Below the pieces are notes generated by a model. It had not been told where the DNA came from, did no database searches, and saw only the letters and a list, made by a program, of their open reading frames with translations. Positions 36,496 to 46,497 of a DNA stretch of 64,000 nt are shown here, one piece after another. Both the position numbers and the translations under genes were made by a program. Position 1 is the first letter of the stretch. Each line of letters starts with the position of its first letter. Source of the DNA: Candidatus Saccharimonadales bacterium (lineage in GTDB: Bacteria; Patescibacteriota; Saccharimonadia; Saccharimonadales; DATKHC01); the NCBI GenBank assembly GCA_035510465.1, contig DATKHC010000001.1, positions 6,799-70,798 of the forward strand, in the 5' to 3' direction.

Positions 36496-37389
36496 CTACT
36501 CTTGATGAAGTATCTTTGCGAATACCGATGGACCATCTTCTTTAAGTGCAGTAGCTATCTGTACAGCAGACGCTCCTGCTGATATATAGTCTTTAACATC
36601 TGTAGCTGTGCTAATACCGCCTGCTCCTATAATATAAATGTCTTTTGGCAGTAAAGAACGCAATTGCTTAACAACACCCAAGCTAATTGGTTTAAGTGCT
36701 CTACCGGCTAGCCCTACGAGCTTATCGTCATAGAACTTATTATCTTTGGCCCCACTAGTAATCGCGGCATTAGGATAAGTATTTGTGGCTGTTACGATTT
36801 GGACAATACCGGAATCAATTATTGCTTTACTCACTTCTTGCAGAATATCTGGAGGGAGGGGCGAAATTTTAACACTTATTTTTATCTTAGGTGATTGTTT
36901 GCTAATAAAAGACAAGGCGTCCTTAACTAGCGAAGCATGATACGAAATTATACGTTTCTGATGGACTCCATCCCAAACATTCGGGCAACCAAAGTTAAGT
37001 TCCACTACATCAGCACCTGATTCTTCAGCAAACCCAACCAACTCCACAAACTCAGAGTTAGAGAAACCAATAACGTTTGCAACTAATGGTTTACCCTCAC
37101 TATGTGCGATTTTTACCATCTTGGGTAAAGCCTCTTTAAAATATGGGATTCCGCCATTGGGCAGTCCGTAAGAATTGAGCGAGAAGAAATGCTCTTTATG
37201 AAGCCAGTAGTTCTTCCCTGGATTTTTATTTCGCGGCTGAACTGAGATTGAGCCAACAACTACGGCGCCCGCCGCTGAGCTTACTAAAGCATTAATATCC
37301 TTAAGGTTCTTACTGTTTATATATGCGCCGTTCATGAGAGCATTGCCAAACTTAATGCCTGCAATGTTTACGGAAGATGATAGTTTCAT
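36496..37389 (-). CDS. pyrD: dihydroorotate dehydrogenase, class 1-like
   Basis: TIM-barrel DHOD pattern with the active-site ELNFGCPNV. Confidence 0.75.
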   Translation of the reverse strand: MKLSSSVNIAGIKFGNALMNGAYINSKNLKDINALVSSAAGAVVVGSISVQPRNKNPGKNYWLHKEHFFSLNSYGLPNGGIPYFKEALPKMVKIAHSEGKPLVANVIGFSNSEFVELVGFAEESGADVVELNFGCPNVWDGVHQKRIISYHASLVKDALSFISKQSPKIKISVKISPLPPDILQEVSKAIIDSGIVQIVTATNTYPNAAITSGAKDNKFYDDKLVGLAGRALKPISLGVVKQLRSLLPKDIYIIGAGGISTATDVKDYISAGASAVQIATALKEDGPSVFAKILHQE

Positions 37390-37424
37390 AACTTAATGAT
37401 AACAAAGCCCCTAAAACTAACTAT

Positions 37425-37549
37425 TGGGGGTAACCTCCTACGATTTTTACGTTAATTTTTAAACCTTAGGAAAAGTAAAAAGTTACCCCCACTGTGTAAC
37501 AGATGTAAAAAGATGGATTGTTTAGCAAAAATTGATAGTTCTGTATTCG
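37425..37549 (-). repeat. direct repeat A (immediately downstream of tRNA-Lys)
   Basis: Minus strand CGAATACAGAACTATCAATTTTT...ATCTGTTACACAGTGGGGGTAAC...GTTACCCCCAA. The 10-bp stem is TGGGGGTAAC/GTTACCCCCA. Confidence 0.6.
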
Positions 37550-37626
37550 TGGAGGGCCCAGTGGGACTCGAACCCACGACACCCTGCTTAAAAGGCAGGT
37601 GCTCTAACCAGCTGAGCTATGGGCCC
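37550..37626 (-). tRNA. tRNA-Lys (anticodon TTT)
   Basis: Acceptor GGGCCCA/TGGGCCC, anticodon arm CCTGC-CTTTTAA-GCAGG, T-arm GTGGG-TTCGAGT-CCCAC, CCA. Confidence 0.9.
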
Positions 37627-37720
37627 AAATTTTTAGAAATTAGCTAAGACTAGCCCAGATGTCACCAATAAGATTATCTATGCTTTAATTTAAATGTCAA
37701 ACAGGAGTAGTAAAGACCCA

Positions 37721-38215
37721 TCACTTATGTTTTGATTTATGGCTAGTCTTACCTTCAAGAATTACAACCACTAAACATACCAATACACTTACTCCAATTA
37801 ACGGTATTTGATATTGTTCAAGCAGGCTCCAAAGTTTATTGTCTGTTATATGATTTTGGGCAGAAGTCGAGAGTAATGGCACAATTAAAAGTGATCCTAG
37901 TATCCCTGTTGCTATGGCTGGAAGAACTTCTAAAGGCATTTTCGATGGCCCATGGGATTTGCGAAGCAGAACAGCAATAATTATCGCCGGTGCAAGCAGT
38001 AAACCAATTTCGAATCCAGAGCTATTTACACTAAAGTTATGCGGCAATAATTTGCTGTTCAGATGGCCATCCACATATGCCATGTTTTTATTTGCGAACT
38101 CCACGAGCACACTACCACCGCATAGTCCAAAGAAGACCATCGCTGCATTTGTTCGCAGAATCAATAAAATCACGGCAACCGCAGCTACAACAATTAATAA
38201 GGTCAGATTAGCCAT
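37721..38215 (-). CDS. membrane protein, function unknown
   Basis: Multi-TM. The track ORF (to 38332) overlaps the DUF192 gene, so the internal ATG at 38215 (MANLTLLIVV...) is the more plausible start. Confidence 0.5.
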   Translation of the reverse strand: MANLTLLIVVAAVAVILLILRTNAAMVFFGLCGGSVLVEFANKNMAYVDGHLNSKLLPHNFSVNSSGFEIGLLLAPAIIIAVLLRKSHGPSKMPLEVLPAIATGILGSLLIVPLLSTSAQNHITDNKLWSLLEQYQIPLIGVSVLVCLVVVILEGKTSHKSKHK

Positions 38216-38238
38216 GAGGTTATAATAACACGAGCATT

Positions 38239-38553
38239 TTACAGAGAAAGGATCTGGCCAACTCTTAAGTCCTCTTTCCTTGCAGTACCAGCATTTAACT
38301 CTATTGTATAAGAGCTCTTCTGGGGGTCGCAAAATGCTTCAGGGTAGGTACTTTGTAAGATATTTGATTTTATCTGGTTGATTTCTCCGTTACTATCTAA
38401 CCAGATAATATCCAGCGGGAACTGCATTCCTCTCATCCAGAAACATTGATACTTAGGAGTACCAAAGACAAATAGCATACCCTGATTTGCTGGCATCGAA
38501 CTTCGTCCACCCAGTCCTTGCTGCTGTTGAGCGGTCGTCTTTGCAACCAACAT
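38239..38553 (-). CDS. DUF192-family protein
   Basis: GLGGRSSMPANQGMLFVF ... FWMRGMQFPLDIIWLD pattern. The frame stays open upstream through a TM-like segment with no canonical start codon. Confidence 0.6.
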   Translation of the reverse strand: MLVAKTTAQQQQGLGGRSSMPANQGMLFVFGTPKYQCFWMRGMQFPLDIIWLDSNGEINQIKSNILQSTYPEAFCDPQKSSYTIELNAGTARKEDLRVGQILSL

Positions 38554-38715
38554 ATTAAACGAGCTAGAACCAATCCGTACAGTTTTTGATCCCGGATCTA
38601 GGTTTTTAACTAAAATAAAAACAATCGATATGACAGCAATTACTACGACTAATAGACTAAATTATAAGTCTCCAGGTGGGATCTCACGCTCTAATTATAG
38701 CGTGAGATGGGTCTC

Positions 38716-40041
38716 TTAAACTGTTTTAGTTTGCCCAGAATTGCTAGCTTTTCTACTAACAACTATGTCTACTGTTTGTTCAACTCGCCTTATGTCAGCG
38801 AGAAGTTTGGACCTAACTTTGTTTGACAGAACTATATCGAAAACTGGTTCGTCACCTTTACTAGCAAAATCACACATTTCTCCAACCTTTTTGTAAATCT
38901 TAATGTCGGAGTAAGACTCTAGTTTACGAATCTTGTTAATGCCGCCTATGCTCTTTAGTCTACCTCTCTGGGGGGGATAGAATTTCAAGGCTACGGTATA
39001 GCACAGAACTTTTTTAGTAAGCAATGGTTTTTTGGGGATTCTGATTAGGATGTCGTTTAGAGAGTGATCTATCCCATAAGCTAACCTGTATAGATCGTGT
39101 CTAAATCCACCTATTCTAGGACCAAGCTCAATAACTTTCCAACCATCTTCCGTTTTCATTAGCTCAATGTGGGCAGTCGTACTACGAAGTCCAAGCGCCT
39201 CAATAGCTTTTTCGGCAGTTTTTCTAGCAGCTTCAACTTTATGGGGCTTAAGAAGTACAGGAGTTATTCGGTAATAGTTAAAGAAATCTTCAAATCCCAC
39301 AGAATGGCCTGTCTTAACATGAACCAAGGGCATATGATAAATTACACCTCTTTGGTTAACGTAACTATCTATTGAATACATGGTGCCATCCATATACTCC
39401 TCAACTAACACCTGCGGTTCGCCGTTACGCTTTTTCTTTTTATAGGTTTGGTTAATTTTTCTAACGGTTGTTTTTAGAGTTTTTTCTAGTTCTTCTCTGT
39501 AATAACAAATACTTACTAGCAAACTAGAGTCGAGCCCAGCTGGCTTAATAATAACCGGGAAGCCAATTCGCTTTTCAATTCTATCTAGAGTTTCAACCGA
39601 GCCATCATGCACAACTAAGAATTTTGGTGCAATATTTTTATCATAACCTCGTAGCATCTGGCGCATTTTTATTTTGTCAGTCGCCCATTCAAGTGAGAGC
39701 TCAGTCGGTGTATTGACATAAGGGACATGGGGGATTGTTTTTCTAAGTAAAGCAATATTCTTTTCCTGGCGAGTAGTAACCGCCAGTAATCGGTGATTAT
39801 AAGGAGCTAGGCAAGCCTGTATCGCGGTGTGTGAGGAAAAGTCACATTCAACTATGATTGTACGGTTATCTTTAGGTATCTTCCCTCTTATATCGGGATC
39901 TGTTATGTCAATTAAAACCAATGCGAAAAGTCTCCTGTCTAAAAGTTCAGACAGCTTACGCATTGCTTCTTTTTGCACCTCTAGATAAGACCCAACGAAT
40001 AGGACCATATCTCTTTCTTGTGCTTCTTCAAATCCTGACAT
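38716..40041 (-). CDS. ATP-grasp domain protein
   Basis: Central ATP-grasp pattern (FPVIIKPAGLDSS ... VLVEEYMDG). Confidence 0.7.
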   Translation of the reverse strand: MSGFEEAQERDMVLFVGSYLEVQKEAMRKLSELLDRRLFALVLIDITDPDIRGKIPKDNRTIIVECDFSSHTAIQACLAPYNHRLLAVTTRQEKNIALLRKTIPHVPYVNTPTELSLEWATDKIKMRQMLRGYDKNIAPKFLVVHDGSVETLDRIEKRIGFPVIIKPAGLDSSLLVSICYYREELEKTLKTTVRKINQTYKKKKRNGEPQVLVEEYMDGTMYSIDSYVNQRGVIYHMPLVHVKTGHSVGFEDFFNYYRITPVLLKPHKVEAARKTAEKAIEALGLRSTTAHIELMKTEDGWKVIELGPRIGGFRHDLYRLAYGIDHSLNDILIRIPKKPLLTKKVLCYTVALKFYPPQRGRLKSIGGINKIRKLESYSDIKIYKKVGEMCDFASKGDEPVFDIVLSNKVRSKLLADIRRVEQTVDIVVSRKASNSGQTKTV

Positions 40042-40209
40042 GACTTAATAAAAACCTATATATCTTAAATCAACAATAGGTTTTTTTACTATCTTTCCGT
40101 ATTTATTAATATTAAGGGCAGATGATATCATTATTAGTGTAAATTGTCAACCGTAAAAACTATCCCTTACAGATGACAATGAGTCTTATTGGTTTCAATT
40201 ACTTTAATT

Positions 40210-40335
40210 TCACAAGGAAAGAGAAGAGGCGTGTTTCACGTGCACGTAGGCTAATATGATAGCTATTATTAAAATAGCCAGCAACAGTAGAAGAAGCGGA
40301 ATAAAACCTGAGTTATCTTTGAGAAATTTTTTCAT
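40210..40335 (-). CDS. possible small hydrophobic peptide (41 aa)
   Basis: Translated by hand: MKKFLKDNSGFIPLLLLLLAILIIAIILAYVHVKHASSLSL. The N-terminus is pilin-signal-like. Below the track cutoff. Confidence 0.25.
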   Translation of the reverse strand: MKKFLKDNSGFIPLLLLLLAILIIAIILAYVHVKHASSLSL

Positions 40336-40429
40336 TATCCAATAAGTAATTTAAGTTTCTGCTTTTAAACTTTACCACTTTGCGCAATAGCTTTGTAGTC
40401 AATAGTTTTTTCTGGGGACGGTTTTTTAT

Positions 40430-41515
40430 TTAAGGTCTTCGTAACTGTTCTAGTAGTTCACGCTCTCGTCGACCTAGCTTAGTTGGGGTATCCACGATCA
40501 TAGTTACAATATGTGATCCTCTACCTCCACCCTTTAAATGTGGCACCCCATGACCACTTAGCTTAAAATCGGCTCCGCTCTGAGTACCAGCAGGGACTTT
40601 CATGGTAACAGGGCCATCAACTGTTTCAACTTCTATTTGGGTACCTAGTGCCGCATCGGCCATTCCTACATGCTCCTGACTTAGTATCAGATCTCCGTCA
40701 CGAGTGAAGTGTTTATCCGATTTAACTCGGATATTAACGAATAGGTCTCCTTTTGTGCCTTTTGCAACTGCTTCACCACGTTCTCTTAGGCGTATAACAG
40801 ACCCATCATCAATACCGGCCGGTATTTTCAAACTAATGTGCTGGTTTTTGACCTGAGTTCCTTTGCCATGACATACACTGCAAACTTTTTCAGGAATTTT
40901 TCCGGCACCAGAACATTTTGGACAAATACTAGCTTGTTGAATATTACCAAAGATGGTTCTAGAGACACTTACCACCTGGCCTGAACCATTGCATTGATCA
41001 CATGTTTTAAGACCGTAGCCAGGTTCGGTTGTGGTGCCTTTGCAGTGCTCACACACATCTGGCAAATTAAGCCGTAGTTCTACATCCGTTCCAAAAACTG
41101 CTTGCTCAAAGCCAATTTCAATGTTAGTTTCGACATCCCTACCTTGCTCAGGTCTCCTTTGCTGAGAACCTGACCCAAAGCCACCACCAAAGAAATTATT
41201 GAAGATATCACCTAGCCCTAGATCACCAAAATCGAAATTGACGCCTTGGGCTCCCCCGAAACCGGCTCCTCCATATCCTCCGCCGTCACTCGCGGCCGAA
41301 GATCCTACACCAGCATGCCCAAACTGATCATAGCGTTGACGTTTGCCCGGATCTTTTAAGACTTCATATGCCTCGCCTAGTTCCTTAAACTTAGTCTCGT
41401 CACCTCCTCGGTCAGGGTGATGCTCAATCGCTAAGCGACGATAAGCTTTTTTAATCTCGTCATCACTAGCATTTTTACTAATGCCCAAAATCTCGTAGTA
41501 ATCTCTTTTTGCCAT
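40430..41515 (-). CDS. dnaJ: chaperone DnaJ
   Basis: J-domain with HPD, a G/F region and four CxxCxGxG repeats. Confidence 0.95.
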   Translation of the reverse strand: MAKRDYYEILGISKNASDDEIKKAYRRLAIEHHPDRGGDETKFKELGEAYEVLKDPGKRQRYDQFGHAGVGSSAASDGGGYGGAGFGGAQGVNFDFGDLGLGDIFNNFFGGGFGSGSQQRRPEQGRDVETNIEIGFEQAVFGTDVELRLNLPDVCEHCKGTTTEPGYGLKTCDQCNGSGQVVSVSRTIFGNIQQASICPKCSGAGKIPEKVCSVCHGKGTQVKNQHISLKIPAGIDDGSVIRLRERGEAVAKGTKGDLFVNIRVKSDKHFTRDGDLILSQEHVGMADAALGTQIEVETVDGPVTMKVPAGTQSGADFKLSGHGVPHLKGGGRGSHIVTMIVDTPTKLGRRERELLEQLRRP

Positions 41516-41835
41516 TACTCAATCACCTCATCGAGCCAAAGTTGTGCTTTTTTAGAAATTTGGTCTACTGGTAAAGCTTGTAGCACAAACGTGTCATAGC
41601 TGTGATGAGCTCTTACGACTTTTTCAATAGACGTAAATTTTGGCTTAGTTGTTAACATTATAAGTTTAACCTCTTTTGCTTGATTAAGTTCTCCCTGCCA
41701 AGCAAATTTCGACTTTACTTCCAGAAATTCCGCACAGGCGATCAGCTTCTTGGCAAATAGATCATCAACGATATTCTGGGCTTCTTGCCAAGATCCGCAG
41801 GTTAATAGAACCTCTGTTAACTTAGCCTTTGTCAC
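41515..41835 (-). CDS. cutA: CutA divalent-cation tolerance protein
   Basis: 106 aa with a CutA1-like pattern (CAEFL..., HSYDTF). Confidence 0.75.
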   Translation of the reverse strand: MTKAKLTEVLLTCGSWQEAQNIVDDLFAKKLIACAEFLEVKSKFAWQGELNQAKEVKLIMLTTKPKFTSIEKVVRAHHSYDTFVLQALPVDQISKKAQLWLDEVIE

Positions 41836-43762
41836 CGTCTTCGACGACCTCTCCCTCGACTACATTGTCGTCCTTGTCGTCTTTCGGTTTATCACCAGCT
41901 GTTTCAGTTGAATCTGTTTTGCTGGCGTCTGCGCCTGATTCATCAGTTTTCGCAGATTCATACATCTTTGCACCAATTGGTGAGACTTTCTCATTTAATT
42001 CTTTAGTTGCTTTATCAATTGCTTCTTTATCAGACTTCTCATCACCGGCAACTTTTTTCGCAGCCTCGACTGCTTCAGTTAGACTTTTTGTGTCTTCCTC
42101 TGATAGTTTTTTATCATTTTCACGACGGAGTTTATCTGCCTGGTATATAGCGTTATCTAGCAGATTTCTGGCTTCAATTACTTCACGTTTTTGTTTGTCC
42201 TCATCAGCATGGGTTTCAGCATCTTTGGCCATCTTCTCAACATCGTCTTTTGACAGATTACCGCTACCAGAGATTGTGATACTTTGCTCTTTGCTAGTTC
42301 CTTTATCTTTTGCGGTAACATTTAGTATGCCGTTGGCATCAATGTTAAAGGTAACTTCAATTTGTGGAACACCGCGAGGGGCTGGTGGTATACCATCCAG
42401 AATAAATCGGCCTAAACTCTTGTTGTCGGCTGCCATTTCTCGCTCACCCTGCAACACATGAATTTCAACTTGCGGTTGATTGTCTGCAGCAGTTGAAAAT
42501 ATCTCGCTTTTCGAGGTAGGAACAGTAGTATTTCGCTCAATTAACTTGGTACTAACTCCCCCCATGGTCTCAATTCCCAGACTAAGCGGTGTTACATCAA
42601 GCAGTAGGACATCTTTAACGTCTCCTTGTAACACTCCTCCTTGGATAGCTGCACCAACAGCAACAACCTCATCTGGGTTGACGCCCTTCATTGGTTCCTG
42701 ATCAAAAATCTGTTTAACTTTCTCTTGAACAGCTGGCATTCTAGTCATTCCACCAACCAAAACTACGGCATTAATGTCTTTTGCTGTCAGCTTGGCATCT
42801 TTTAAAGCTTTCTCGCACGGGCCAGCAGTTTGATCTATTAATCCAGAGACTAGTTGTTCTAGCTTTGCTCTTGATAGTTTGTACTCAAAGTGTTTTGGAC
42901 CGTTGGCATCAGCTGTCAAGAAAGGTAGATTAATGTCTACTTCATTGGTGGTAGATAGTTCAATCTTAGCTTTTTCGGCCTCATCCCTTAACCTTTGCAT
43001 GGCAGCTTTATCAGAGGTAATATCTATGCCTTGTTCTGATTTAAATTGTTCAACTAAGTGATTAACGATGGCTCTATCAAAGTCAGCGCCACCTAGGTGA
43101 GTGTCTCCATTCGTACTCTTGACTTCAAAAACCCCATCTCCTAGCTCTAGGATTGAAACATCAAATGTTCCGCCACCGAGGTCATAAACTGCAATCTTTT
43201 CGTCCTTTTTATCGCCTTTGTCTAAGCCGTAAGCTAGAGCGGCTGCCGTTGGCTCATTTATGATTCGTTTAACTTCTAGTCCGGCTATCTTACCAGCGTC
43301 TTTAGTAGCTTGACGTTGTGAGTCGTCAAAATAAGCGGGAACCGTAATTACTGCTTCATAAATCGACTCACCGAGGAATGCCTCAGCATCTGCTTTCAGC
43401 TTTGATAGGATCATACCGCTAATTTCTTCAGGTGAGTAATCTTTGTCGGCCATTTTAACTTTAACGCCGTTTCCACTCTTAACGATTTGATAAGGCATCA
43501 GTTTGAGGTCACGTTGTACTTCCTTATCCTCAAAACGACGACCAATTAAACGCTTTACTTCAAAAATAGTATTGGTGGAATTGGTGACGGACTGCCGCCT
43601 GGCAACTTGGCCGACTAGTCTTTCACCATTCTTATTAACAGCAACGACACTTGGTGTAGTTCGGGCACCCTCGCTATTTGCGATAATTTCCGGTTTCCCG
43701 GCCTGCATTACTGCCATTGCCGAGTTAGTAGTTCCAAGATCGATCCCGATTATTTTTCCCAT
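41822..43762 (-). CDS. dnaK: chaperone DnaK (Hsp70)
   Basis: [17 protein letters not shown] and full-length Hsp70 similarity. Confidence 0.97.
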   Translation of the reverse strand: MGKIIGIDLGTTNSAMAVMQAGKPEIIANSEGARTTPSVVAVNKNGERLVGQVARRQSVTNSTNTIFEVKRLIGRRFEDKEVQRDLKLMPYQIVKSGNGVKVKMADKDYSPEEISGMILSKLKADAEAFLGESIYEAVITVPAYFDDSQRQATKDAGKIAGLEVKRIINEPTAAALAYGLDKGDKKDEKIAVYDLGGGTFDVSILELGDGVFEVKSTNGDTHLGGADFDRAIVNHLVEQFKSEQGIDITSDKAAMQRLRDEAEKAKIELSTTNEVDINLPFLTADANGPKHFEYKLSRAKLEQLVSGLIDQTAGPCEKALKDAKLTAKDINAVVLVGGMTRMPAVQEKVKQIFDQEPMKGVNPDEVVAVGAAIQGGVLQGDVKDVLLLDVTPLSLGIETMGGVSTKLIERNTTVPTSKSEIFSTAADNQPQVEIHVLQGEREMAADNKSLGRFILDGIPPAPRGVPQIEVTFNIDANGILNVTAKDKGTSKEQSITISGSGNLSKDDVEKMAKDAETHADEDKQKREVIEARNLLDNAIYQADKLRRENDKKLSEEDTKSLTEAVEAAKKVAGDEKSDKEAIDKATKELNEKVSPIGAKMYESAKTDESGADASKTDSTETAGDKPKDDKDDNVVEGEVVEDGDKG

Positions 43763-43798
43763 AATTTATATCTCCTTATACTTATTTATATATGATTC

Positions 43799-44275
43799 TT
43801 AGCTTAGTTTTACCTTGACCATGGCGTGTCTTATGACTGAATCACCAAGACTGTAACCAGGTTGAACTTCGTCGCTGACTATCTCCTCGTTGCCGTCACC
43901 TTCATCCATACTGACAGCTTCATGGAAACGAGGGTCAAAAGGCTCGCCAACAGTTTTGATTTTCTCGACACCAAGGTCTTCTAATACCTTCTCAAACTGT
44001 TTAACGATGTTTTTAATCCCGCTTATGTAGTCATTGTTCTCCAGATCTTTTGGAACGTGCTTAAGTGAACGTTCGAAATTATCGATAACCGGTAGCAGTG
44101 CTCTGACTGTGGTAGCAGTTACGAAATTCTTAAGCTCAGCTACTTGCTCTTCGTGTCGGCGACGAATATTTTGACTATCGGCTCTTTCACGTTGCAGTGC
44201 TAAAGTTAGTTCCTCAATTTGAGCTTGTAACCGTTTTAGATTAAGTTTGGGTTGATGACTGTCCTGTTTACTCAT
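43799..44275 (-). CDS. grpE: nucleotide exchange factor GrpE
   Basis: Coiled-coil N-terminus and the GrpE C-terminal pattern (FDPRFHEAV). Confidence 0.9.
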   Translation of the reverse strand: MSKQDSHQPKLNLKRLQAQIEELTLALQRERADSQNIRRRHEEQVAELKNFVTATTVRALLPVIDNFERSLKHVPKDLENNDYISGIKNIVKQFEKVLEDLGVEKIKTVGEPFDPRFHEAVSMDEGDGNEEIVSDEVQPGYSLGDSVIRHAMVKVKLS

Positions 44276-44994
44276 TAAAGTGCCGCCTCCAATGCTTCAC
44301 CTGTTCGCTTAACTAAATTCATAACGTCACGATAACTTTGTCTGGTCGGTCCGAGTGTGCCAACGTAACTGTGGTCACTGTAGGGGCTACGGAACCTACT
44401 TATGATCAGAGTACAGCCAGCTGTTCGTCCAATTGGGTTTTCGCTACCAATATAAACACTTAGAGGTTTGTTTGGAGCAGCCTCAATTAACCAAGGCTCT
44501 AAATTGTCCAGCAACCTCGCAACTTGCTGGACCTGAACACGATTAATAAACTCTGGTTGATCAAATAAATTTGATAAACCGCTCATATAAAGACTGCTAC
44601 CAATTGTAGCTAGTCCTAGGTTATGCGTAAGTTCAACTAAGGTGTCAACAGCGTTTCTAATGGTTTGTTCTGGTAAACCGCCGCCTCCAACTCGAGCCAT
44701 AATAGCCCGTTCACCCCTAAGTTCAGATGCATTGGCGTCTTTTTTCGTCATATCGTTAACGTACAAGCGATAACCTCGATCTGTTGGAATACGACCCGCG
44801 CTGGTATGAGGCTGGGTAATGTAACCCATTCGCTCGAGCTCAGCCATTTCGGCCCTAACAGTTGCACTACTGACATGAAAAAGTTTAGCAAGAAGCGAGC
44901 TGCCAACCGGGCTGGCTACTTCAGCATATTGCTCAACTATAGCTAGTAAAATCTGTTTTTGTCGTTCACTCATAATGGCACTTAAGTATACCAA
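44275..44994 (-). CDS. hrcA: heat-inducible repressor HrcA (short form)
   Basis: N-terminal winged helix (LSERQKQILLAIVEQY ... PVGS), with CIRCE upstream. Confidence 0.85.
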   Translation of the reverse strand: MVYLSAIMSERQKQILLAIVEQYAEVASPVGSSLLAKLFHVSSATVRAEMAELERMGYITQPHTSAGRIPTDRGYRLYVNDMTKKDANASELRGERAIMARVGGGGLPEQTIRNAVDTLVELTHNLGLATIGSSLYMSGLSNLFDQPEFINRVQVQQVARLLDNLEPWLIEAAPNKPLSVYIGSENPIGRTAGCTLIISRFRSPYSDHSYVGTLGPTRQSYRDVMNLVKRTGEALEAAL

Positions 44995-45011
44995 GTGCTA
45001 GTTTAGCGCTT

Positions 45012-45038
45012 TTAGCACTCAATAGTCAAGAGTGCCAG
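45012..45038 (-). promoter_or_regulatory. CIRCE operator
   Basis: TTAGCACTC-N9-GAGTGCCAG against the consensus TTAGCACTC-N9-GAGTGCTAA, 18 nt upstream of hrcA. Confidence 0.8.
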
Positions 45039-45059
45039 TTTACAATTTCTACAGATTGT

Positions 45060-45776
45060 TTATAACAATTTAACGAGTAACTTCGTCGCGACAGCTCTGC
45101 CTTCCTGTTGCGTTTCCACGCTTGATACATTAGCATCTAACAGCTCTTTTATTTTACGAACTGTTTCTTCAAATTCATTGTTAACTAAAAAAATGTAATG
45201 ATTAGCCTCAAGTGCCCCTTCTAGTTCTTCTTTTGCGCTGTTTAGGCGTCTTTCTCTTTCTTGCTCCGACATTTCTCCCCTGTTATTTAAACGTGACATC
45301 CATTCTTCAAAAGTTGGTGGCAGCAAGAAAATAGTCACGGTGTCGGATTTTAGTTTTAAAATATTTTCAGAACCCTGAACTTCAATGTCGGTTATTGCAA
45401 TCTTATTTTGAGTGGCAATTTTCAATAATTCAGTGGTATTAATCCCAGAAACTTGTTGACCATGAATTATTGCAGCTTCTAGGTAGTGGTGGTTTTTTAG
45501 ACCTTCCAGGAATTCGCGTTCACTTTTAAACCAATATTCTCTTCCGTTTTGTTCTGGTACGCCGTTGTTAACTCTAGGCTCTCTGGTGGTGTCAGATGCT
45601 AAATACTCGAATTCTCGAGACTGGGCAAGTCTAGTTATAACGGTGTTTCGGCCGACCGCAGTAGGACCTACCATCAAAATAAGTCTGGCTTGATCTAATA
45701 CCGATCTTGCTTCTGGCGAAAGATTGTGTTTAAGAAGCAAGTGCTTGAACTCAGATAGATGTTCTAGTTTTGGCAT
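45060..45776 (-). CDS. guanylate kinase-like protein with a degenerate P-loop
   Basis: GMK fold markers are present (SDTTREPR, YWFKSEREF). The P-loop reads GPTAVGRNT instead of GxxGxGK[ST]. Confidence 0.65.
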   Translation of the reverse strand: MPKLEHLSEFKHLLLKHNLSPEARSVLDQARLILMVGPTAVGRNTVITRLAQSREFEYLASDTTREPRVNNGVPEQNGREYWFKSEREFLEGLKNHHYLEAAIIHGQQVSGINTTELLKIATQNKIAITDIEVQGSENILKLKSDTVTIFLLPPTFEEWMSRLNNRGEMSEQERERRLNSAKEELEGALEANHYIFLVNNEFEETVRKIKELLDANVSSVETQQEGRAVATKLLVKLL

Positions 45777-45824
45777 TAGATCAGTTATAACAGACTAATC
45801 TCAATAAAACTACATCTTTACAAA

Positions 45825-46496
45825 CTAGTTCTTAACCAACTTGCCATCCTGTAATCTAAATGTCTTATCAGTTCGATCAACGATTGATAAGTCGTGAGTT
45901 ACGACCACTATTGTGGTGTTTTGGCTTTTAGCTAAACTTCTCAGGAGTTTAAATATTACTTCTCCAGTTTGTGAGTCTAAATTTCCAGTTGGCTCATCGG
46001 CCAAGATTAGCTTTGGTTTGTTGGCGAGCGCTCGGGCAATTGCTACTCTTTGCTGCTCACCTCCTGATAAACGGGTGGGTTTACGAGTCTGTTTATCACC
46101 TGACAATCCAACTTTGTCTAGCAGTTCCTTTGCTCGTGAAATTCGCTGTCCTTTTGGAACATGAGCAAATTCCATAGGTAACGTCACGTTCTCTAGCGCA
46201 GTCAGGTTAGGTACCAAATTATAGCTTTGGAAAACAAAACCAATACTCTTGCAGCGATACGCAATTAGGCTATGAGCGGATAATTTGGTTATGTCCTGGT
46301 CCTCAACTTCAATTTTGCCGCTAGTTGGTTTATCGAGAGCTCCGATCAAACTAAGTAGTGTGGTTTTACCACTTCCACTCTTACCTATAATGGAGGCAAA
46401 CTGGCCAGTCTCTACTTCTAAACTCACTCCATTAACTGCCGTCACATTATTGTCACCTGATTTGAAACTTTTCTTTAGATCAACAACTTTTAACAT
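45825..46496 (-). CDS. ABC transporter ATP-binding protein (MacB/LolD-like)
   Basis: [18 protein letters not shown] and ILADEPTG motifs. Confidence 0.85.
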   Translation of the reverse strand: MLKVVDLKKSFKSGDNNVTAVNGVSLEVETGQFASIIGKSGSGKTTLLSLIGALDKPTSGKIEVEDQDITKLSAHSLIAYRCKSIGFVFQSYNLVPNLTALENVTLPMEFAHVPKGQRISRAKELLDKVGLSGDKQTRKPTRLSGGEQQRVAIARALANKPKLILADEPTGNLDSQTGEVIFKLLRSLAKSQNTTIVVVTHDLSIVDRTDKTFRLQDGKLVKN

Positions 46497-46497
46497 C

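Noticed and set aside
41829-42461. 210-aa plus-strand ORF, and other long antisense ORFs (for example 52491-53006, 12209-12775, 9392-9754, 17700-18116)
   Set aside because: All are antisense to confidently identified conserved genes (dnaK, ftsH, the P-type ATPase, pyrB-like, rny) and have low-complexity, Ser/Leu-rich translations typical of shadow ORFs.
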